Assembly (NCBI GenBank): GCA_965116475.1
Contig: OZ220691.1
Coordinates: 2,848,001 to 2,912,000 of the forward strand
Source of the DNA: Gemmatimonadota bacterium
GTDB taxonomy: Bacteria; Gemmatimonadota; Gemmatimonadetes; Palauibacterales; Palauibacteraceae
DNA: 64,000 nucleotides
Reading direction: 5' to 3'
Below are positions 37,520-46,710 of the stretch, in pieces (position 1 is the stretch's first letter; each line of letters starts with the position of its first letter). Below the pieces are notes generated by a model. It did no database searches. It was not told the origin of the DNA and saw only the letters and a list, made by a program, of their open reading frames with translations. Position numbers and translations under genes: made by a program.

Positions 37520-40500
37520 GCGGCGATCCAGGCGGCCCGGGCCGCAACGGCTCCGGCGCGGGCGGCAACGGCTCCGGGCCGGATGGCGTCTCGCGCCGGC
37601 TGCACGAACTCAGCGAGCGCGTGAGCGCGGCGCGCTCGGAGACCGAGGCCCGCGGCGAGACCTTCTATCCCGGCCCCAGCCGCGCCCAACTCGCGGCCTT
37701 CCCCCCGCGGGAACGCTGGGACGACTGGGTCGAACTCGACTCGAAGGCATGGCCGGAGCGGCGCGAACGGCGCTACATGCTCGTGCCCACGACCTGTTTC
37801 AACTGCGAATCCGCCTGCGGGCTCCTGGCCTACGTCGACCGCGACACCCTCCAGGTGCGGAAGTTCGAGGGGAACCCCGAGCATCCGGGCTCCCGCGGCA
37901 GGAACTGCGCCAAGGGCCCGGCCACGCTGAACCAGATCGTCGACCCCGACCGCGTCCTCTACCCGCTCAGGCGCGCCGGCAAGCGCGGGGAGGGGAAGTG
38001 GGTGCGCGTCTCGTGGGAGGAGGCGCTCAACGACATCTCGGCGCGGATCCGCACGGCCATCGACGAGGGTCGCCAGCGCGAGGTCATGTATCACGTGGGA
38101 CGTCCGGGCGAGGACGGGTTCACGGAGCGGCTGCTCGCGGCGTGGGGCGTCGACGGCCACAACTCGCACACCAACATCTGCTCATCGAGCGCGCGCGCCG
38201 GCTATCAGTTCTGGCTCGGCATGGACCGCCCCAGCCCCGACCACGCCCGCGCGGACGTCATCCTCCTCGTGAGTTCGCACCTCGAGGCGGGGCACTACTT
38301 CAACCCCCACGCCCAGCGCATCCTGGACGGGGTCAAGAAGGGGGCGCGGCTCATCGTCTTCGATACGCGCCTGTCGAACACGGCCACGCACGCCGACCAC
38401 TGGCTCCCCACCCAGCCCGGCTCCGAAGCCGCCGTTCTCCTCGCGATCGCGAACCACCTGATCGCGACCGGGGCCTGGAACCGCGACTTCGTGCGGCGCT
38501 GGTTCAACTGGGAGGAATACCTGGCCGCAGAGAAGCCGGATCTCCCGCGCACCTTCGAGTCGTTCGAGGCCGCCCTCCGCGAACTGTACGAGGCGTGCAC
38601 GTTCGAGTGGGCGGCGGAAGAGTCCGGCGTGGCTGCGGAGCAGATCCGCGAGGTCGCCGAACTCGTGGCCCGCGCCGGTTCGCGCCTCTCCACGCACAAC
38701 TGGCGGAGCGCCGCGTCCGGCAACGAAGGCGGCTGGCAAGTGGCCCGGACCCTCTTTTTTCTCAACGCCCTCACGGGTTCCGTGGCGACCCCCGGCGGCA
38801 CCTATCCGAGCACGTGGAACAAGTTCATCCCCAAGCCGATCCGCATGCCCCGGCACCCCGATCACTGGAACGAACTCACCTGGCCCGACGAGTTTCCGCT
38901 CGCGATGTACGAGGTCTCCTTCCTCCTCCCGCACCTTCTCAAGGAGGGACGCGGCAAGCTCGACGTCTATTTCACGCGCGTGTACAACCCGGTGTGGACG
39001 AACCCGGACGGGTTCGCGTGGATCGAGGCCCTGACGGACGAGGAGAAGGTCGGCCTCCACGTCGCCCTCACCCCGACCTGGAACGAGTCCGCCTACTTCG
39101 CGGACTACGTCCTTCCGATGGGGCACGGGCCCGAGCGGCACGACCTCCACTCCTACGAGACCCACGACGGCCAGTGGATCGGCTTCCGCCAGCCCGTGCT
39201 GCGCTCCGCCCGGGAGCGTCTCGGCGAACGGGTGGCGGACACGCGCCACACGAACCCCGGCGAAGTGTGGGAGGAGAACGAGTTCTGGCTCGAGCTGTCC
39301 TGGCGCATCGACCCGGACGGGAGCCGCGGCATCCGCGAGTTCGTGGAGTCGAAGGAGAATCCCGGGCAGCGCCTCACGGTGGACGAGTACTACGCCTGGA
39401 TGTTCGAGCACTCCGTGCCCGGCCTGCCCGAGGCGGCCGCGGCGGATGGGCGCTCGCCGCTGGACTACATGCGGCGCTACGGCGCCTTCGAGGTGGCGCG
39501 AGACATCGGTCCGCTGCACGAGCAGCCCGTCCCGGCCGAGGAACTCGAGGACACGCGGGAAGACGCGTTCGGCCGCATCTACACGCGCGCCCTCGGCCCC
39601 GCCGCGGTGAACCTCGCGCCCATGGGTGCCCCCGACCCGGACCCGGAAGGACGGCGCCCCGTCGGCGTTCGCGTGGACGACACGATTCGGCGCGGATTTC
39701 CGACCCCGAGCGGGAAGCTGGAGTTCTACTCCCCGACGCTCGTCCGCTGGGGATGGCCCGAGTACGCCGTGCCCGCGTACATCCGCAGCCACGTGCATCC
39801 GGCCGCGATGGAGCCGGACCAGATGTGTCTCATCTCCACCTTCCGCCTCCCGGTGCAGATCCACACGCGTTCGGCGAATTCCAAGTGGCTGGACGAGATC
39901 GCCCACACGAATCCGCTCTGGCTCCACCCGTCCGACGCGGCGCGGAAGGGAGTGAAGACGGGAGATCTCGTGCGGGTCGAGACCGAGATCGGCTACTTCG
40001 TGCTCAAGGCGTGGGTGACGGAGGGGATCAAGCCGGGCGTCGTCGCCTGCAGCCACCACATGGGGCGCTGGAAGCTCGCCGACGCGGTCGGCTCGGGCCC
40101 GGATGCGGGCGAACCGGGCACGGCCGGCCGCGGCGAGCGGGAGACCATGGCCGGCCAGCGGCAACTCATGGCGACGGTCTCCCTCACGGAGAATGACGGC
40201 GACTGGAAGCTGTCGCGGAGGCAGGGCGCCGCGCCGTACGAGACGGACGATCCGGACACGTCGCGGATCTGGTGGACGGACGTGGGCGTCCATCAGAACC
40301 TCACCTTCCCGGTACATCCGGACCCGGTGTCCGGGATGCACTGCTGGCACCAGGCGGTGCGCGTGGTCAAGGCGTCGCGGCGCGACCGTCACGGGGACAT
40401 CCACGTCGACACGGAGCGCTCGCACGAGGTGTACCGGAGCTGGCTCGCCAAGACGCGCGGGGCCGTGCGGCATTCTCCCGACGGGACGCGCCGGCCGCAC

Positions 40501-40641
40501 TGGCTCATCCGCCCCGTGCGTCCCGTGCGCACCGCCTACGACCTCCCGGAACCGTCCGGCGCGGAGCCGCCCGACCCGGACTCGCCGGCTGCCGATGGGG
40601 CGCAACTTGACAGCAAAACGAGCCCTCCATCTACTTCGTAA
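37516..40641 (+). CDS. Molybdopterin oxidoreductase catalytic subunit (DMSO-reductase superfamily)
   Basis: TTCFNCESAC...NCAKG 4Fe-4S motif, DPDRVLYPLRR, SWEEAL, HTNICS putative Mo ligand, ADYVLP, FPTPSGKLEF, LWLHPSDA. Confidence 0.9.
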   Translation: MSGDPGGPGRNGSGAGGNGSGPDGVSRRLHELSERVSAARSETEARGETFYPGPSRAQLAAFPPRERWDDWVELDSKAWPERRERRYMLVPTTCFNCESACGLLAYVDRDTLQVRKFEGNPEHPGSRGRNCAKGPATLNQIVDPDRVLYPLRRAGKRGEGKWVRVSWEEALNDISARIRTAIDEGRQREVMYHVGRPGEDGFTERLLAAWGVDGHNSHTNICSSSARAGYQFWLGMDRPSPDHARADVILLVSSHLEAGHYFNPHAQRILDGVKKGARLIVFDTRLSNTATHADHWLPTQPGSEAAVLLAIANHLIATGAWNRDFVRRWFNWEEYLAAEKPDLPRTFESFEAALRELYEACTFEWAAEESGVAAEQIREVAELVARAGSRLSTHNWRSAASGNEGGWQVARTLFFLNALTGSVATPGGTYPSTWNKFIPKPIRMPRHPDHWNELTWPDEFPLAMYEVSFLLPHLLKEGRGKLDVYFTRVYNPVWTNPDGFAWIEALTDEEKVGLHVALTPTWNESAYFADYVLPMGHGPERHDLHSYETHDGQWIGFRQPVLRSARERLGERVADTRHTNPGEVWEENEFWLELSWRIDPDGSRGIREFVESKENPGQRLTVDEYYAWMFEHSVPGLPEAAAADGRSPLDYMRRYGAFEVARDIGPLHEQPVPAEELEDTREDAFGRIYTRALGPAAVNLAPMGAPDPDPEGRRPVGVRVDDTIRRGFPTPSGKLEFYSPTLVRWGWPEYAVPAYIRSHVHPAAMEPDQMCLISTFRLPVQIHTRSANSKWLDEIAHTNPLWLHPSDAARKGVKTGDLVRVETEIGYFVLKAWVTEGIKPGVVACSHHMGRWKLADAVGSGPDAGEPGTAGRGERETMAGQRQLMATVSLTENDGDWKLSRRQGAAPYETDDPDTSRIWWTDVGVHQNLTFPVHPDPVSGMHCWHQAVRVVKASRRDRHGDIHVDTERSHEVYRSWLAKTRGAVRHSPDGTRRPHWLIRPVRPVRTAYDLPEPSGAEPPDPDSPAADGAQLDSKTSPPSTS

Positions 40642-40690
40642 GGTGAAAGTGAACAGTGCCGCACGCGCCGCCGGCGCGGGACACTAGGCC

Positions 40691-41644
40691 ATGGAGCTTT
40701 TTCGCGCCCTCGGCGCGCTGCTCGATGGCCCGTGCGGGGAGAATCGGCTCATCGGCCATCTCCTCGAACTGGGCCCGGTGCCGGATGAGCCCACGCACAA
40801 CGACCTCTTCCTCTTCCAGCTCTATCCGTACGCCTCCGCTTTCCTGGGCACGGACGGCCGCATGGGCGGGGAGGCGCGCGACCGCGTTGCCGGCTTCTGG
40901 CGCGCGCTCGGGACGACGCCCCCGGAGGATCCGGACCACCTTCGGGCCCTGCTCGGCGGCTACGCCTGGCTCGTGGAGGCCCAGCAGCGGGGGAACGGCA
41001 AGTCGGCGCAGGCCTGCCGCGACGCGCGGCACGCCTTCCTCTGGGAGCACCTGCTCTCGTGGGTCCTCCCCTTCCTCACCAAGCTGCGGCAGATCGCGCC
41101 CCCGTTCTACCGGGAGTGGGCCGACACGCTCGAGGCCCTCCTCTTCGGCGAGTCGGCCCGCCTCGGCCCGCCGACGCGACGTCCGCTCGCGCTCCGCGAG
41201 GCGAAACCGGTGCCCGACCCGCGCCGCACCGATGGGGACAGCTTCTTCAACGCCCTCCTGAGCCCGGTCCGGAGCGGCCTCGTCCTCACGCGGGCGGACC
41301 TCGCCAGAGCCGCGCGCGACCTCGGCTTCGGTCTCCGCGTGGGCGAACGCGCCTACATCCTGCGGTCCATGATGTCGCAGGGGCCGCGCGCGACCCTCGA
41401 CTGGCTCGCGTGCGAGGCGCGGGACTGGGCGAGCCTTCACGACCGCGGGGGGACCACGGCGCCGGAAGTGGCGGATTTCTGGACGCACCGCGTGACCGCG
41501 ACGGGCCGCCTCCTCAGCGATCTCAGCGCCGACCTCGGCGCCGACATCGACCTCGACACCGACTCCGACTCCGACTCCGACACCGACTCTGACTCTGACT
41601 CCGACGTCAACACCGATATCGCCGCCGACACCCGCAATGGCTGA
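40691..41644 (+). CDS. TorD/DmsD-family molybdoenzyme chaperone
   Basis: LYPYASAFL, EDPDHL, FLWEHLLSW, PPFY motifs; acidic DTDSDS tail. Confidence 0.82.
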   Translation: MELFRALGALLDGPCGENRLIGHLLELGPVPDEPTHNDLFLFQLYPYASAFLGTDGRMGGEARDRVAGFWRALGTTPPEDPDHLRALLGGYAWLVEAQQRGNGKSAQACRDARHAFLWEHLLSWVLPFLTKLRQIAPPFYREWADTLEALLFGESARLGPPTRRPLALREAKPVPDPRRTDGDSFFNALLSPVRSGLVLTRADLARAARDLGFGLRVGERAYILRSMMSQGPRATLDWLACEARDWASLHDRGGTTAPEVADFWTHRVTATGRLLSDLSADLGADIDLDTDSDSDSDTDSDSDSDVNTDIAADTRNG

Positions 41645-42920
41645 CGCGGGCGGGAGCCCGCCTCTTCATCCGGGGCGTTTCCGCGCGATCTTCCTTCTCC
41701 TCCTCGTCGTCGGGATCAGCCTCCTCTTCCTCGGGATGATCCGGACGTTCCTCACGGCGCTCTTCCTGGGGGCGATCCTCAGCGGCCTCATGTACCCGGC
41801 CTACCGGACCCTCTGCCGCTGGTTCGGAGGAAGGGAGGGGTTGGCCTCCTTCGCCGCGGTCGGCCTGTTTGTGGTCCTCCTCATCGCGCCGGTCACGGCG
41901 TTTCTCGGCATCGTCGCGAACCAGGCCGTGCACGTTACGCAGACAGCGGGCCCCTGGATCGAGAACATGGAGGCCCAACTGGCGCAGCCCGGAGGGGTCG
42001 ACGAACTGCTCGACCGGATTCCCTGGCTGGATTCGCTGCGGCCGTACCAGGAGCAACTCCTCCAGAAGCTGGGCGAAGTCGCGGGATCCGTCGGCAGTTT
42101 CGCGGTCGACTGGCTCGCCGGGGTCACGACGGCCACGGTGCGGGTCGTCTTCCTCCTGCTGCTGATGCTGTACGCCATGTTCTTCTTCCTGAAGGACGGC
42201 CGCGGCGTGCTGCACAAGGTGCTCTACTACCTCCCCCTCTCCGACGAGGACGAGCGCCGCATGCTCGACCGCTTCGTCTCCGTGACGCGGGCGATGGTGA
42301 AGGGGACGTTTCTCATCGGCATCGTGCAGGGCGCGCTGGCCGGGCTCGCCTTCTGGGTGGTGGGGATCCCGTCCGCCGCCTTCTGGAGCACGGTCATGGC
42401 GGTCCTCTCGATCGTCCCCGGGATCGGGTCCGCGCTCGTGTGGCTGCCCGCCGCGATCTACCTGCTCGCGGCCGGCCAGGTCGTCGCCGGCGTCGGGCTC
42501 ATCCTGTGGTGCGGCCTCGTGGTGGGGACGCTGGACAACCTCATGCGCCCCTGGCTGGTGGGGCGCGACACGCGGATGCCGGACCTGATGATCCTGCTCG
42601 GCACCCTCGGCGGGCTCATCGCCTTCGGCATGGCCGGCGTGCTCATCGGCCCCATCGTCGCGGCGCTCTTCATCACCGTGTGGGAACTCTACGGCGAGTC
42701 CTTCAGCGACGTCCTGCCCGCCACGGCGTTCGGCGCGCCGTCGCCTGCGGGGGCCCCGTCGCCCGCGGGGACCGGCGTCGCAGACTCCGAGCCGGAAGCC
42801 GCTGGGGCGTCGGGGCCCGAAGCCGGCACGGCGCCGGCGTCGGAGGCCGACGCGACGCCCGGGCCGGAAGCCTCCCGGCGCGAAACCGGTCCGCCGGAAA
42901 CTTCCCCACCCGAGGCCTAG
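41637..42920 (+). CDS. AI-2E family transporter
   Basis: MFFFLKDG, GIVQGALAG, DNLMRPWLVG, GGLIAFGMAGVLIGP. Confidence 0.88.
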   Translation: MADAGGSPPLHPGRFRAIFLLLLVVGISLLFLGMIRTFLTALFLGAILSGLMYPAYRTLCRWFGGREGLASFAAVGLFVVLLIAPVTAFLGIVANQAVHVTQTAGPWIENMEAQLAQPGGVDELLDRIPWLDSLRPYQEQLLQKLGEVAGSVGSFAVDWLAGVTTATVRVVFLLLLMLYAMFFFLKDGRGVLHKVLYYLPLSDEDERRMLDRFVSVTRAMVKGTFLIGIVQGALAGLAFWVVGIPSAAFWSTVMAVLSIVPGIGSALVWLPAAIYLLAAGQVVAGVGLILWCGLVVGTLDNLMRPWLVGRDTRMPDLMILLGTLGGLIAFGMAGVLIGPIVAALFITVWELYGESFSDVLPATAFGAPSPAGAPSPAGTGVADSEPEAAGASGPEAGTAPASEADATPGPEASRRETGPPETSPPEA

Positions 42921-42938
42921 CCCGATCGGCCGAACGGC

Positions 42939-44330
42939 ATGAGCGGGAGCCTGCTCGACCGGCTGCGCGAGAGCGGTGCGGCGCTCTCCCGCGTCACGGA
43001 ACGCTGGGTGCCCGACGCATGGGTCATCCTCATGTCGCTGACCGTGGTCGCGCTCATCCTCGCGGTCACGGGAGGCGGCGCCTCGATCCCGGAGGCGGGG
43101 CTGGCGTGGGGCGCCGGCGTGTGGACGCTGCTCGAACTCGCGATGCAGTTCTCCATCGCCATGGTGGCGGCCCACGCGTGCGCCTCGTCGCCCCCCGTCT
43201 ACCGGCTGCTCGATCGCCTCGCGGGTTGCCCGAACGCGGAGCGCCCCGTCCAGGCGGTCGCCCTCGCCGCCGGGTTCTCCATGGCGGTCGGCTACCTCAA
43301 CTGGGCGTTCGGGCTCGTCGGTTCCGCGCTCTTCGTCCCGTTCATCCTCAAGCGCAACCCGCGCGCCGACGTGCGCCTCGTCATCGCCGCGGCCTACATG
43401 GGCATCGGGACCGTGTGGCAGTCCGGCCTCTCCAGCTCCGCCCCGCTCATCATGGCCACCCCCGGCAACCCCCTGCTCGAGCCGGGGACCGGCGCGCCCG
43501 TCGTGGACCGTCTCTATCCGGTTACCGAGACCCTCTTTCACCCGTTCAATCTCGGGTACGCCGTCGCCATGCTGCTCGTCGGCCTCGTCGCCGCGATGGC
43601 GCTCCACCCGCACCGCGGCGCCGTCACCCTCAGCGAGGCGGAGGTCGACGAGATCCTCCCCGCGCCCCCGCCGCGCGCCGAGGCCGCGACGACGCCCGCC
43701 GAGCGGCTCGACCGCTTCCGGGGCTGGTCGCTCCTCGCCGCCCTCCTGTTCGCGTACCCGCTGGCGCACTCGATCGTCACGCGGGGCTTCGGGGCGAGCT
43801 GGACGATCAACGCCTACAACACCGTGTTTCTCGTCCTCGCCATCGTCCTGCACGGCCGCCCGACCTCGTTCCTGCGCGCCTGCCGCGACGGCGTGGGCGC
43901 CGCGTGGGGAATCATCCTCCAGTTCCCCTTCTACGCCGGCATCTTCGGCCTCATCCAGAACACGAATCTCGGGGGCTGGCTCGGCGAGCAGTTCGCCACG
44001 GTCGCCACGACCCGACTCTACCCGCTCGTGGTCTACGTCTATTCGGGGATCATGAGCATGTTCATCCCCTCGGCGGGCTCGAAGTGGATGATCGAGGCGC
44101 CGTACGTGATCCCCGCCGGCGAGGCCCTCGATGTGTCCGTCATGACCGTGCTCCTGGCCTACGCGTACGGCGACTCCGCCTTCAACCTCATCCACCCGTT
44201 CTGGGCGCTCCCCATCCTCGCCGTGACGCGGCGCCGCTTCGGAGAGATCTTCGGCTACGCCTTCCTCCTCTGGCTGGCGACGATCCTCCTCGGCGTCGCG
44301 ACCATGCTCGTGATCCCGATCCGCTGGTGA
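42939..44330 (+). CDS. atoE: Short-chain fatty acid transporter (AtoE family)
   Basis: ERWVPDA, LAMQ, GLSSSAPL, GIILQFPFYAGI, FIPSAGSKW, HPFWALPIL. Confidence 0.82.
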   Translation: MSGSLLDRLRESGAALSRVTERWVPDAWVILMSLTVVALILAVTGGGASIPEAGLAWGAGVWTLLELAMQFSIAMVAAHACASSPPVYRLLDRLAGCPNAERPVQAVALAAGFSMAVGYLNWAFGLVGSALFVPFILKRNPRADVRLVIAAAYMGIGTVWQSGLSSSAPLIMATPGNPLLEPGTGAPVVDRLYPVTETLFHPFNLGYAVAMLLVGLVAAMALHPHRGAVTLSEAEVDEILPAPPPRAEAATTPAERLDRFRGWSLLAALLFAYPLAHSIVTRGFGASWTINAYNTVFLVLAIVLHGRPTSFLRACRDGVGAAWGIILQFPFYAGIFGLIQNTNLGGWLGEQFATVATTRLYPLVVYVYSGIMSMFIPSAGSKWMIEAPYVIPAGEALDVSVMTVLLAYAYGDSAFNLIHPFWALPILAVTRRRFGEIFGYAFLLWLATILLGVATMLVIPIRW

Positions 44331-44388
44331 CGCCCGTGACGCCCGTGACTCTCACGACGCCCGTAACGCCCGTGACGCCTGTGACGCC
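44327..44388. repeat. About 7 copies of a 9-bp GTGACGCCC unit filling the atoE-sixA gap
   Basis: gtgacgccc gtgacgccc gtgactctc acgacgccc gtaacgccc gtgacgcct gtgacgcc. Confidence 0.75.
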
Positions 44389-44892
44389 ATGAAGACCCTG
44401 CTCATCCTCCGGCACGCGAAGTCCTCCTGGGACCACCCGGGACTCCGCGACCACGACCGCCCGCTCAACCCCCGCGGCCGCCGCGACGCCCCCCGCATGG
44501 GCCGATTCCTCGTGGAACGGGACCTCGTGCCCGACCGCATCGTGAGTTCGACCGCCGTCCGCGCCCGCACCACGGCGGAACTCGCCGCGGCGGAGTTCGG
44601 CGAGGCTGTGGAGATCGAGACGACGTACGACCTCTACGGCGCCTCTCCCGACGGCTACGTCGAGGTCGCGGAGGCGATGGGGGGAACGGCGGAGCGCCTC
44701 ATGGTCGTCGGGCACAACCCGGGCATCACGTCGCTCGTCTGGCACCTGACGGGCGAGGGCGAGTACATGCCGACCGCCGCGCTCGCCGCGGTCGAACTGG
44801 ACATCGACGACTGGTCGGAACTGGGCTCGGCCCGCCGCGGCCGCCTGACCGGCTTCTGGCGCCCCAAGGCGCTGCCACCCGCTCCCGGCTGA
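44389..44892 (+). CDS. sixA: Histidine phosphatase, SixA family
   Basis: LILRHAKSSW, DHDRPLNPRG, SSTAVRA, VVGHNPG. Confidence 0.88.
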   Translation: MKTLLILRHAKSSWDHPGLRDHDRPLNPRGRRDAPRMGRFLVERDLVPDRIVSSTAVRARTTAELAAAEFGEAVEIETTYDLYGASPDGYVEVAEAMGGTAERLMVVGHNPGITSLVWHLTGEGEYMPTAALAAVELDIDDWSELGSARRGRLTGFWRPKALPPAPG

Positions 44893-44911
44893 CGCCCGGA
44901 AGACGGTCGGA

Positions 44912-44984
44912 GACGTTCCCGCGGAAACGTCGGAACCGGCCAGTGGCGCAACTGGCCGAACGACACGTTCCCGCGGGAACGTGT
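44912..44984. repeat. Cluster of three palindromes between convergent genes
   Basis: GACGTTCCCGCGGAAACGTC (44912-31), GGCCAGT-N6-ACTGGCC (44938-57), perfect ACACGTTCCCGCGGGAACGTGT (44963-84). Confidence 0.7.
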
Positions 44985-44992
44985 GATCGCCG

Positions 44993-45586
44993 TCAGCGTC
45001 CGATCGGGGGGATCGTGATCGAGAGGGTGTAGACGAGGTCGTCGAGGGGGGAGTCGTCACCGCCGCCGGAGTTTGCGGCGAGGTGCAGGACGACCGGGGC
45101 GTCCGCGTCCGGAGCACGCCACTCGAAGGTCCACTCGGCAACGCCGTCCGCGGGCATGGAGCCGGCGCGGGTGTGCTGGACGTATGCGGTGCCGTTCTCG
45201 CCTCGCACGACCGTCACGCGGTCGTCGAGCGGCCGGATCTCGCCAGCCCCGGTACCGCGCCGCTCCCCATCGGCGAAGCGGAACGATCCCTGGAAGCCGG
45301 CGGCGAGCATGTCGAAGCTCTCGAAACGGACCGTCACCGGATGGCGCTGGCCCGGGCGGTAGCCGCCGTCGAGGCCGACCACCTCCAGCGCGGACCCCGG
45401 TTCGTTGAGCGGCGCCCCGAAGTGACAGGCGGCGCAGGTCGGTTCCCCGAAGCCCCCCGTGTGGCCCGGAGGCGGCCCCTCGATGTGCGGAAGCCTCGCG
45501 ATGTGCGGCGCGGGGACCGCGGCGATCCCGACCATCGCGAGGAGACCCGCGGCGCACAGCGCGGCCGCGGGCCCCGGGAGGGACAT
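44993..45586 (-). CDS. Exported Reeler-like (choice-of-anchor V-like) protein with CxxCH
   Basis: Signal-like N-terminus; GHTGGFGEPTCAACH, AAGFQ, WTFEWRAP, NSGGGDD...DLVY. Confidence 0.65.
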   Translation of the reverse strand: MSLPGPAAALCAAGLLAMVGIAAVPAPHIARLPHIEGPPPGHTGGFGEPTCAACHFGAPLNEPGSALEVVGLDGGYRPGQRHPVTVRFESFDMLAAGFQGSFRFADGERRGTGAGEIRPLDDRVTVVRGENGTAYVQHTRAGSMPADGVAEWTFEWRAPDADAPVVLHLAANSGGGDDSPLDDLVYTLSITIPPIGR

Positions 45587-46644
45587 CAGCGCGAGCGCGG
45601 CGACACCACCGCCCGGCCGACCGTGTTCACGTCCGCCCCGACCCAGATCGAGTCCGTGGCCGGATCGTAGTACATGTGCCGGATCGTGCCGCCCCCGCTC
45701 GGCACGTCGAGCATGCCCACGAACTCCTCCGTGTCCGTGTCGAAGCCCACGAACCGGTTCGGCTGGATCCCCGTCTCGACGAGCCACACCACATCGTACT
45801 TGTCGATCGCCACGCCGTACGGCCGCGACTCCTCGCCTGCGGGCAGGTCGTATTCCCGCTGGAATCCGCCGCCCTCCTCGACGAGGCCGATCTTCCCCCG
45901 ACTGTAGTCGACGTACCAGATCCGGTCCTTCGAGTCGATGACCAGGCGGCGGGGTCGCGCGCCCTCGGGCAGGTCGTAGCCGATGAGTTCGAACGAGGAC
46001 GGCTCCACCATCCCGATCAGGTTCGTGTTGAAATGCGCGATCCAGGGCCGGTTCTCCGAGTCCAGCTTGACCCCGTACGGACGGCTCGAGCCCATGCCGC
46101 GGCGCGTCTCCACCTCGGGCGCCTCCACCAGCCGCACGTCGCGCGTCTCCTTGTCGAGGAAGCCGACCAGGTTCCCGCCCTGCACGGAGAACCAGATGTC
46201 GCCGTTGTCGTCCCAGATCAGCGTGTGCGGGTCCCGCGCGCGCTCGTCCGGCATCATGATCTTGTCGATCTCGCCCGTCGCCGGGTCGATGATCCCGATG
46301 TGGTTCGCGCGGTTGCCCGCGTAGTAGACCATCCCGTCGTCGTCGACGATCAGGTTGTGGGGCCCCGTGCCGTCGTCCATGTCGTAGCGCGTGAACTCCC
46401 CCGTGGCGGGGTCCAGCACGGCGGCGTAGTGCGCGGCCTGTCCCACGAACCAGACGCGGCCGTCCGGCCCGACGAACGGGTCGCGCGGACGGCTGTCGGG
46501 GTAGGGCACGGTCCATTCCTCGATGGTGAGCACGTCGGTCGTCGCGGTATGGTCCTGCGCCGCCAACTCGGCCGAGCCGATGAACGTCCACACCGCCGCG
46601 AACCCTGCCGCCGCCCGCGTCGCGGCCCGAATTCGATGGATCAT
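45586..46644 (-). CDS. Secreted virginiamycin B lyase (Vgb)-like beta-propeller
   Basis: Signal peptide; repeated blades PRDP..GPDGRVWF, PHNL, PHTL, PYGV, PRRL. Confidence 0.75.
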   Translation of the reverse strand: MIHRIRAATRAAAGFAAVWTFIGSAELAAQDHTATTDVLTIEEWTVPYPDSRPRDPFVGPDGRVWFVGQAAHYAAVLDPATGEFTRYDMDDGTGPHNLIVDDDGMVYYAGNRANHIGIIDPATGEIDKIMMPDERARDPHTLIWDDNGDIWFSVQGGNLVGFLDKETRDVRLVEAPEVETRRGMGSSRPYGVKLDSENRPWIAHFNTNLIGMVEPSSFELIGYDLPEGARPRRLVIDSKDRIWYVDYSRGKIGLVEEGGGFQREYDLPAGEESRPYGVAIDKYDVVWLVETGIQPNRFVGFDTDTEEFVGMLDVPSGGGTIRHMYYDPATDSIWVGADVNTVGRAVVSPRSR

Positions 46645-46710
46645 CTTGCTGCCTCCTCGATCGCTGTCACCTGAAGCCGCCGGCCCCCCGCCTCCAGCCG
46701 GCCCGGCACG

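Noticed and set aside
40607..40640. Internal promoter before the TorD-like gene
   Set aside because: Perfect TTGACA but no convincing -10 at 16-18 nt spacing
45586..46644. Streptogramin B resistance gene vgb
   Set aside because: Only the propeller fold is recognisable; the signal peptide and context argue against a resistance call
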